64,000 bases of DNA from Eledone cirrhosa (taxonomy: Eukaryota), in contig OZ024741.1 in NCBI GenBank assembly GCA_964016885.1, positions 262,880,001 to 262,944,000 of the forward strand, in the 5' to 3' direction. Below the pieces are notes generated by a model, which had not been told where the DNA came from, made no database searches, and saw only the letters and a list, made by a program, of their open reading frames with translations. Each line of letters begins with the position of its first letter. Position 1 is the first letter of the stretch. The position numbers and the translations under genes were made by a program. This document shows, in pieces, positions 54,160 through 64,000 of the stretch.

Positions 54160-57100
54160 TGTTTCGACTTACGAGTATTTTGACTTACGAATGTTTTGAC
54201 TTACGGGTGTTTCGGCTTACGAGTGTTTCGACTGACGAGTCTTTCGGCTTACGAGTGTTTCGACTTACTAATGTTTTTACTTACGAGTGTTTCGGCGTAC
54301 GAGTGTTTCGACTTCCGAGTGTTTCGACTTACGGGTGTTTTGACTTACGGGTGTTTCGGCTTACGAGTGTTTTGACTTACGAGTGTTTTGACTTAAGGGT
54401 GTTTCGACTTACGAGTATTTTTGGCTTACGAGTGTTTCGACTTACGAGTGTTTTGACTTACGAGTGTTCTGATTTACGGATGTTTCGACATACGAGTGTT
54501 TTGACTTACGAGTGTTTCGACTTATGAGTGTTTCGACTTACGAGTGTTTCGACTTACGAGTGTTTCGGCTTATGATTGTTTCGACTTACGAGTGTTTTGA
54601 ATTACGGTGTTTCAGCTTACGAGTGTTTCGGCTTATGAGTGTTTTGACTTACGGGTGTTTTGACATACGAGTGTTTCGATACGAGTGTTCTGACTTACGA
54701 GTGTTCCGACTTACGAGTGTTCCGACTTACGAGTGTTTCGGCTTACGGGTGTTTCCTGCTTACGAGTGTTTCGACTTACGAGTGTTTTGACTTACGGTGT
54801 TTCGGCTTACGAGTGATTCGACTTACGAGTGTTTTGACTTACGGGTGTTTTGACTTACGGGTGTTGTGAATTACGAGTGTTCCGATTTACGAGTGTTTTG
54901 ACTTACGGTGTTTCGGCTTACCAGTGATTCGACTTACGAATGTTTTGACTTACGGGTGTTTCGGCTTGCGAGTGTTTCGACTTACGAGTGTTTCGGCTTA
55001 TGAGTGTTTCGACTTACTAATGTTTTTACTTACGAGTGTTCTGACTTACGAGTGTTCCGACTTACGAGTGTTCCGACTTACGAGTGTTTCGGCTTACGAG
55101 TGTTTCTGGCTTACGAGTGTTTCGACTTACGAGTGTTTCGACTTACGAGTGTTTTGACTTACGGTGTTTCGACTTACGAGTGATTCGACTTACGAGTGTT
55201 TTGACTTACGGGTGTTTTGACTCACGGGTGTTGTGAATTACGAGTGTTCCGATTTACGAGTGTTTTGACTTACGGTGTTTCGGCTTACAAGTGATTCGAC
55301 TTACGAATGTTTTGACTTACGGGTGTTTCGGCTTGCTAGTGTTTCGACTTACGAGTGTTTCGGCTTATGAGTGTTTCGACTTACTACTGTTTTTACTTAC
55401 GAGTGTTTCGGCGTACGAGTGTTTTGACTTACGAGTGTTTCGACTTACGAGTGTTTCGAATTACGAGTGTTTCGGCTTACGTGAGATTCGACTTAAGAGT
55501 GTTCTGATTTACGAGTGTTCTGACTTGCGGGTGTTCTGATTTACGAGTGTTCCGACTTACGAGTGTTTCGGCTTATGAGTGTTTCGACTTACGAGTGTTT
55601 CGGCTTACGAGTGTTTCGACTTATGGGTGTTTCGACATACGAGTGTTTTGACTTACGGGTGTTTCGACTTAAGGGTGTTTCGACTTACGAGTATTTTTGG
55701 CTTACGAGTGTTTCGACTTACGAGTGTTTTGACTTACGAGTGTTCTGATTTACGGATGTTTCGACATACGAGTGTTTCGACTTACGAGTGTTTCGACTTA
55801 TGAGTGTTTCGACTTACGAGTGTTTCGACTTACGAGTGTTTCGGCTTATGATTGTTTCGACTTACGAGTGTTTTGACTTACGGGTGTTTTGACATACGAG
55901 TGTTTCGATACGAGTGTTCTGACTTACGAGTGTTCTGACTTACGAGTGTTTTGACTTACGAGTGTTCTGACTTACGAGTGTTCCGACTTACGAGTGTTCC
56001 GACTTACGAGTGTTACGGCTTACGAGTGTTTCCGGCTTACGAGTGTTTCGACTTACGAGTGTTTTGACTTACGGTGTTTCGGCTTACGAGTGATTCGACT
56101 TACGAGTGTTTTGACTTACGGGTGTTTTGACTTACGGGTGTTGTGAATTACGAGTGTTCCGATTTACGAGTGTTTTGACTTACGGTGTTTCGGCTTACGA
56201 GTGATTCGACTTACGAATGTCTTGACTTACGGGTGTTTCGGCTTGCGAGTGTTTCGACTTACGAGTGTTTCGGCTTATGAGTGTTTCGACTTACGAATGT
56301 TTTTACTTACGAGTGTTCTGACTTACGAGTGTTCTGACTTACGAGTGTTCTGACTTACGAGTGTTCTGATTTACGAGTGTTCCGACTTACGAGTGTTTCG
56401 GCTTACGAGTGTTTCGGATTACGAGTGTTTCGACTTACGAGTGTTTCGACTTACGAGTGTTCCGACTTACGGGTGTTTCGACTTACGAGTTGTTTGGCTT
56501 ACGGTGTTTCGGCTTACGAGTGTTTCGAGTTACGAGTGTTTTGACTTACGCGTGTTTTGACATACGAGTGTTTCGATACGAGTGTTCTGGCTTACGAGTG
56601 TTTTGACTTACGAGTGTTCTGACTTACGAGTGTTCCGACTTTACAAGTGTTTCGGCTCACGAGTGTTTCGGCTTACGAGTGTTTCGACTTACGAAAATAA
56701 CAAATAGACGCGGTTTCAAATTTCTATGATTTTCAAATTCATTACATTAATCTTTATTTATACGTTTCGCTTTACGAGTGTTTCGACTTACGAGTGTTTC
56801 GACATACGAGTGTTTCGACTTCCGAATGTTTTTGGTTAAGGGTGTTTCGACTTACGAATGTTTCGGCTTACGAGTGTTTCGGCTTACGAGTCTTCCGACT
56901 TAGGAGTGTTTCGGCTTACGAGTGTTTCCGGCTTACGAGTGTTTCGACTTACGAGTGTTTCGACTTTCGAGTGTTTTGACTTACGGTGTTTCGGCTTACG
57001 AGTGATTAGACTTACGAGTGTTTTGACTTACGTGTGTTTTGACTTACGGGTGTTGTGAATTACCAGTGTTCCGATTTACGAGTGTTTTGACTTACGGTGT

Positions 57101-58780
57101 TTCGGCTTGCGAGTGTTTCGACTTACGAGTGTTTCGGCTTATGAGTGTTTCGACTTACTAATGTTTTTACTTACGAGTGTTTCGGCGTTCGAGTGTTTTG
57201 ACTTACGAGTGTTTCGACTTGCGAGTGTTTTGACTTACGAATGTTTTGACTTACGGGTGTTTCGGCTTACGGGTGTTTCGACTTACGAGTGTTTCGACTT
57301 ATGAGTGTTTCGACTTACGAGTGTTCTGACTTACGAGTGTTCTGACTTACGAGTGTTCCGACTTACGAGTGTTTCGGTTTACGAGTGTTTCGACATACGA
57401 GTGTTTTGACTTACGGGTGTTTCGACTTATGGGTGTTTCGACTTAAGAGTGTTTTTACTTACGGTGTTTCGGCTTACGAGTGTTTCGACATACGAGTGTT
57501 TTGACTTACGGGTGTTTCGGCTTACGAGTGTTTCGACTTACGAGTGTTTCGGCTTACGAGTGTTTCGACTTACTAATGTTTTTACTTACGAGTGTTTCGG
57601 CGTACGAGAGTTTTGACTTTCGAGTGTTTCGACTTACGAGTGTTTTGACTTACGGGTGTTTCGGCTTATGAGTGTTTCTACTTACGAGTCTTTCGGCTTA
57701 CGAGTGTTTCGACTTACTAATGTTTTTACTTACGAGTGTTTCGGCGTACGACTGTTTCGACTTACGAGTGTTTCGACTTACGGGTGTTTTGACTTACGGG
57801 TGTTTCGGCTTACGAGTGTTTCGACTTACGAGTGTTTTGACTTACGAGTGTTCTGATTTACGGATGTTTCGACATACGAGTGTTTCGGCTTACGAGTGTT
57901 TCGACTTACGAGTGTTTTGACTTACGGGTGTTTCGACTTACGAGTATTTTTGGCTTACGAGTGTTTTGACTTACGAGTGTTTCGACTTACGAGTGTTTCG
58001 ACTTACGAGTGTTTCGAATTACGAGTGTTTCGACTTACGAGTGTTTTGACTTACGAGTGTTTTGACTTACGGTGTTTCTGCTTACGAGTGTTTCGACTTA
58101 CGAGTGTTATGACTTACGGGTGTTTTCACATACGAGTGTTTCGACTTACGAGTGTTTTGACTTACGGGTGTTTTGACATACGAGTGTTTCGATACGAGTG
58201 TTCTGACTTGCGAGTGTTTCGACATACGAGGGTTTTGACTTACGGGTGTTTCGACTTACGAGTGTTTTCACTTACGAATGTTTTGACTTACGGGTGTTTC
58301 GGCTTACGAGTGTTTCGACTTACGAGTGTTTCGACTTACGAGTGTTTCGACTTACTAATATTTTTACTTACGAGTGTTTCGGCGTACGAGAGTTTTGACT
58401 TACGAGTGTTTCGACTTACGAGTGTTTCGACTTACGAGTATTTTGACTTACGAATGTTTTGACTTACGGGTGTTTCGGCTTACGAGTGTTTCGACTTACG
58501 AGTCTTTCGGCTTACGAGTGTTTCGACTTACTAATGTTTTTACTTACGAGTGTTTCGGCGTACGAGTGTTTCGACTTACGAGTGTTTCGACTTACGGGTG
58601 TTTTGACTTACGGGTGTTTCGGCTTACGAGTGTTTTGACTTACGAGTGTTTTGACTTAAGGGTGTTTCGACTTACGAGTATTTTTGGCTTACGAGTGTTT
58701 CGACTTACGAGTGTTTTGACTTACGAGTGTTCTGATTTACGGATGTTTCGACATACGAGTGTTTCGACTTTTGAGTGTTT
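54160..58780. repeat. Long-range near-identical copy of window positions ~1-5000, including the island
   Basis: Matching variant order at offsets 54157, 54141, 54094, 53806 and 53774 (ORF pairs 355/54512, 783/54924, 1422/55563, 2700/56794, 3850/57656, 4600/58374). Offset changes correspond to whole-monomer indels. Confidence 0.9.
56695..56771. other. Non-satellite AT-rich island, copy 2 (identical to 2601-2677, offset 54,094 bp)
   Basis: Base-by-base reading gives the same 77-bp sequence, in the same orientation and with the same junctions. Confidence 0.97.
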
Positions 58781-61700
58781 CGACTTATGAGTGTTTCGAC
58801 TTACGAGTGTTTCGACTTACGAGTGTTTCGGCTTATGATTGTTTCGACTTACGAGTGTTTTGACTTACGGTGTTTCAGCTTACGAGTGTTTCGACTTACG
58901 AGTGTTTTGACTTACGGGTGTTTTGACATACGAGTGTTTCGATACGAGTGTTCTGACTTACGAGTGTTCTGACTTACGAGTGTTTTGACTTACGAGTGTT
59001 CTGACTTACGAGTGTTCCGACTTACGAGTGTTCCGACTTACGAGTGTTTCGGCTTACGGGTGTTTCCTGCATACGAGTGTTTCGACTTACGAGTGTTTTG
59101 ACTTACGGTGTTTAGGCTTACGAGTGATTCGACTTACGAGTGTTTTGACTTACGGTTGTTTTGACTTACGGGTGTTGTGAATTACGAGTGTTCCGATTTA
59201 CGAGTGTTTTGACTTACGGAGTTTCGGCTTACGAGTGATTCGACTTACGAATGTTTTGACTTACGAGTGTTTCGGCTTGCGAGTGTTTCGACTTACGAGT
59301 GTTTCGGCTTATGAGTGTTTCGACTTACTAATGTTTTTACTTACGAGTGTTCTGACTTACGAGTGTTCCGACTTACGAGTGTTCCGACTTACGAGTGTTT
59401 CGGCTTACGAGTGTTTCCGGCTTATGAGTGTTTCGACTTACGAGTGTTTCGACTTACGAGTGTTTTGACTTACGGTGTTTCGACTTACGAGTGATTCGAC
59501 TTACGAGTGTTTTGACTTACGGGTGTTTTGACTTACGGGTGTTGTGAATTACGAGTGTTCCGATTTACGAGTGTTTTGACTTTCTGTGTTTCGGCTTACG
59601 AGTGATTCGACTTACGAATGTTTTGACTTACGGGTGTTTCGGCTTGCTAGTGTTTCGACTTACGAGTGTTTCGGCTTATGAGTGTTTCGACTTACTACTG
59701 TTTTTACTTACGAGTGTTTCGGCGTACGAGTGTTTTGACTTACGAGTGTTTCGACTTACGAGTGTTTCGAATTACGAGTGTTTCGGCTTACGTGAGTTTC
59801 GACTTAAGAGTGTTCTGATTTACGAGTGTTCTGACTTGCGGGTGTTCTGATTTACGAGTGTTCCGACTTACGAGTGTTTCGGCTTATGAGTGTTTCGACT
59901 TACGAGTGTTTCGGCTTACGAGTGTTTCGACTTATGGGTGTTTCGACATACGAATGTTTTGACTTACGGGTGTTTCGACTTACGAGTGTTTTGACTTACG
60001 AATGTTTTGACTTACGGGTGTTTCGGCTTACGAGTGTTTCGACTTACGAGTGTTTCGGCTTACGAGTGTTTCGACTTACTAATGTTCTTACTTACGAATG
60101 TTTCGGCGTACGAGAGTTTTGACTTACGAGTGTTTCGACTTACGAGTGTTTCGACTTACGAGTGTTTTGACTTACGAAAGTTTTGACTTACGGGTGTTTC
60201 GGCTTACGAGTGTTTCGACTTACGAGTCTTTCGGCTTACGAGTGTTTCGGCGTACGAGTGTTTCGACTTACGAGTGTTTCGACTTACGGGTGTTTTGACT
60301 TACGGGTGTTTCGGCTTACGAGTGTTTCGGCTTATGATTGTTTCGACTTACGAGTGTTTTGACTTACGGTGTTTCAGCTTACGAGTGTTTCGACTTACGA
60401 GTGTTTTGACTTACGGGTGTTTTGACATACGAGTGTTTCGATACGTGTGTTCTGACTTACGAGTGTTTTGACTTACGAGTGTTCTGACTTACGAGTGTTC
60501 CGACTTACGAGTGTTCCGACTTACGAGTGTTTCGGCTTACGGGTGTTTCCTGCTTAAGAGTGTTTCGACTTACGAGTGTTTTGACTTACGGTGTTTCGGC
60601 TTACGAGTGATTCGACTTACGAGTGTTTTGACTTACGGGTGTTTTGACTTACGGGTGTTGTGAATTACGAGTGTTCCGATTTACGAGTGTTTCGACTTAC
60701 GAGTCTTTCGGCTTACGAGTGTTTCGGCGTACCAGTGTTTCGACTTACGAGTGTTTCGACTTACCGGTGTTTTGACTTACGGGTGTTTCGGCTTACGAGT
60801 GTTTCGGCTTATGATTGTTTCGAATTACGAGTGTTTTGACTTACGGTGTTTCAGCTAACGAGTGTTTCGACTTACGAGTGTTTTGACTTACGGGTGTTTT
60901 GACATACGAGTGTTTCGATACGTGTGTTCTGACTTACGAGTGTTCTGACTTACGAGTGTTTTGACTTACGAGTGTTCTGACTTACGAGTGTTCCGACTTA
61001 CGAGTGTTCCGACTTACGAGTGTTTCGGCTTACGAGTGTTTCCGGCTTACGAGTGTTTCGACTTACGAGTGTTTTGACTTACGGTGTTTCGGCTTACGAG
61101 TGTTTCGACTTACTAATGTTTTTACTTACGAGTGTTTCGGCGTACGAGAGTTTTGACTTACGAGTGTTTCGACTTACGAGTGTTTTGACTTACGAATGTT
61201 TTGACTTACGGGTGTTTCGGCTCATGAGTGTTTCGACTTACGAGTCTTTCGGCTTACGAGTGTTTCGACTTACTAATGTTTTTACTTACGAGTGTTTCGG
61301 CGTACGAGTGTTTCGACTTACGAGTGTTTCGACTTACGGGTGTTTTGACTTACGGGTGTTTCGGCTTACGAGTGTTTTGACTTACGAGTGTTTTGACTTA
61401 AGGGTGTTTCGACTTACGAGTATTTTTGGCTTACGAGTGTTTCGACTTACGAGTGTTTTGACTTACGAGTGTTCTGATTTACGGATGTTTCGACATACGA
61501 GTGTTTCGACTTTTGAGTGTTTCGACTTATGAGTGTTTCGACTTACGAGTGTTTCGACTTACGAGTGTTTCGGCTTATGATTGTTTCGACTTACGAGTGT
61601 TTTGACTTACGGTGTTTCAGCTTACGAGTGTTTCGACTTACGAGTGTTTTGACTTACGGGTGTTTTGACATACGAGTGTTTCGATACGAGTGTTCTGACT

Positions 61701-64000
61701 TACGAGTGTTCTGACTTACGAGTGTTTTGACTTACGAGTGTTCTGACTTACGAGTGTTCCGACTTACGAGTGTTCCGACTTACGAGTGTTTCGGCTTACG
61801 GGTGTTTCCTGCTTACGAGTGTTTCGACTTACGAGTGTTTTGACTTACGGTGTTTCGGCTTACGAGTGATTCGACTTACGAGTGTTTTGACTTACGGTTG
61901 TTTTGACTTACGGGTGTTGTGAATTACGAGTGTTCCGATTTACGAGTGTTTTGACTTACGGAGTTTCGGCTTACGAGTCATTCGACTTACGAATGTTTTG
62001 ACTTACGGGTGTTTCGGCTTGCGAGTGTTTCGACTTACGAGTGTTTCGGCTTATGAGTGTTTCGACTTACTAATGTTTTTACTTACGAGTGTTCTGACTT
62101 ACGAGTGTTCCGACTTACGAGTGTTCCGACTTACGAGTGTTTCGGCTTACGAGTGTTTCCGGCTTATGAGTGTTTCGACTTACGAGTGTTTCGACTTACG
62201 AGTGTTTTGACTTACGGTGTTTCGACTTACGAGTGATTCGACTTACGAGTGTTTTGACTTACGGGTGTTTTGACTTACGGGTGTTGTGAATTACGAGTGT
62301 TCCGATTTACGAGTGTTTTGACTTTCTGTGTTTCGGCTTACGAGTGATTCGACTTACGAATGTTTTGACTTACGGGTGTTTCGGCTTGCTAGTGTTTCGA
62401 CTTACGAGTGTTTCGGCTTATGAGTGTTTCGACTTACTACTCTTTTTACTTACGAGTGTTTCGGCGTACGAGTGTTTTGACTTACGAGTGTTTCGACTTA
62501 CGAGTGTTTCGAATTACGAGTGTTTCGGCTTACGTGAGTTTCGACTTAAGAGTGTTCTGATTTACGAGTGTTCTGACTTGCGGGTGTTCTGATTTACGAG
62601 TGTTCCGACTTACGAGTGTTTCGGCTTATGAGTGTTTCGACTTACGAGTGTTTCGGCTTACGAGTGTTTCGACTTATGGGTGTTTCGACATACGAATGTT
62701 TTGACTTACGGGTGTTTCGACTTACGAGTGTTTTGACTTACGAATGTTTTGACTTACGGGTGTTTCGGCTTACGAGTGTTTCGACTTACGAGTGTTTCGG
62801 CTTACGAGTGTTTCGACTTACTAATGTTCTTACTTACGAATGTTTCGGCGTACGAGAGTTTTGACTTACGAGTGTTTCGACTTACGAGTGTTTCGACTTA
62901 CGAGTGTTTTGACTTACGAAAGTTTTGACTTACGGGTGTTTCGGCTTACGAGTGTTTCGACTTACGAGTCTTTCGGCTTACGAGTGTTTCGACTTACGAG
63001 TGTTTCGACTTACGGGTGTTTTGACTTACGGGTGTTTCGGCTTACGAGTGTTTCGGCTTATGATTGTTTCGACTTACGAGTGTTTTGACTTACGGTGTTT
63101 CAGCTTACGAGTGTTTCGACTTACGAGTGTTTTGACTTACGGGTGTTTTGACATACGAGTGTTTCGATACGTGTGTTCTGACTTACGAGTGTTTTGACTT
63201 ACGAGTGTTCTGACTTACGAGTGTTCCGACTTACGAGTGTTCCGACTTACGAGTGTTTCGGCTTACGGGTGTTTCCTGCTTAAGAGTGTTTCGACTTACG
63301 AGTGTTTTGACTTACGGTGTTTCGGCTTACGAGTGATTCGACTTACGAGTGTTTTGACTTACGGGTGTTTTGACTTACGGGTGTTGTGAATTACGAGTGT
63401 TCCGATTTACGAGTGTTTCGACTTACGAGTCTTTCGGCTTACGAGTGTTTCGGCGTACGAGTGTTTCGACTTACGAGTGTTTCGACTTACCGGTGTTTTG
63501 ACTTACGGGTGTTTCGGCTTACGAGTGTTTCGGCTTATGATTGATTCGAATTACGAGTGTTTTGACTTACGGTGTTTCAGCTAACGAGTGTTTCGACTTA
63601 CGAGTGTTTTGACTTACGGGTGTTTTGACATACGAGTGTTTCGATACGTGTGTTCTGACTTACGAGTGTTCTGACTTACGAGTGTTTTGACTTACGAGTG
63701 TTCTGACTTACGAGTGTTCCGACTTACGAGTGTTCCGACTTACGAGTGTTTCGGCTTACGAGTGTTTCCGGCTTACGAGTGTTTCGACTTACGAGTGTTT
63801 TGACTTACGGTGTTTCGGCTTACGAGTGTTTCGACTTACTAATGTTTTTACTTACGAGTGTTTCGGCGTACGAGAGTTTTGACTTACGAGTGTTTCGACT
63901 TACGAGTGTTTTGACTTACGAATGTTTTGACTTACGGGTGTTTCGGCTCATGAGTGTTTCGACTTACGAGTCTTTCGGCTTACGAGTGTTTCGACTTACT
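58470..64000. repeat. 2,742-bp higher-order repeat (about two copies); 59385-64000 copies 46348-50963 at offset 13,037
   Basis: Offset 2742 for 58775/61517, 59602/62344 and 46565/49307. Constant offset 13037 for eleven ORF pairs (46565/59602 through 49888/62925). Confidence 0.9.

Larger units (their letters stand above)
1..64000. repeat. Tandem satellite array of a 16-bp monomer (CGACTTACGAGTGTTT), ~4,000 copies, single orientation, runs off both window ends
   Basis: The monomer is directly visible throughout. Common variants are TTTCG>TTTTG, GAC>GGC, GAG>GGG, TTCTG/TTCCG and TACG>TATG. Occasional 8-, 14-, 15- and 17-bp indel monomers occur. No reverse-complement (AAACACTCGTAAGTCG) units were seen on the + strand. 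Confidence 0.99.

Noticed and set aside
2-63197. About 200 short + strand ORFs (LRVFRLTSVSTYECFD repeats, 60-190 aa)
   Set aside because: Three 16-bp monomers give a stop-free 16-codon cycle in all + frames. ORFs overlap in every frame, mostly start at GTG/TTG, and are broken by TGA variants and frameshifting indels. The lack of minus-strand ORFs is explained by the TAA in each monomer.
1-64000. Giant repeat protein under a TGA-reassigned genetic code
   Set aside because: TAA/TAG variants (ACTAAT, CTTAAG, GCTAGT) are scattered throughout, indels are not multiples of three, and no frame is preferred.
1-64000. CRISPR array or iteron cluster
   Set aside because: Repeats are contiguous with no unique spacers, and there is no cas or rep gene. 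The 77-bp island is duplicated and not spacer-like in arrangement.
1-64000. Telomerase-made telomeric repeat (TG-rich strand, 16-bp unit as in some yeasts)
   Set aside because: It matches no telomere repeat I recognise and has no G-run in the consensus. Variants are inherited in kb-scale blocks, which indicates recombination. A recombination-maintained or subtelomeric location cannot be excluded from this window.

Overview
The whole 64-kb window is one head-to-tail tandem satellite array, in a single orientation, of a 16-bp monomer (consensus CGACTTACGAGTGTTT, roughly 4,000 copies, T/G-rich on the + strand, two CpGs per unit). No real protein-coding gene, RNA gene, CRISPR array or recognisable mobile element is supported. 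All listed ORFs are translations of the repeat. Variant monomers form a small vocabulary of 100-500 bp modules that are reshuffled into nested higher-order repeats (about 176 bp, 367 bp, 1.0, 2.7, 2.8 and 3.5 kb) and long-range copies (13 kb and 54 kb offsets). The only non-satellite DNA I found is an identical ~77-bp AT-rich island at 2601-2677 and 56695-56771, each surrounded by unusually diverged monomers. The architecture resembles eukaryotic heterochromatic or centromere-type satellite DNA. The organism and any function cannot be determined from the sequence, and all functional ideas below are hypotheses. Offsets were derived by eye and from the ORF track, so breakpoints are approximate.
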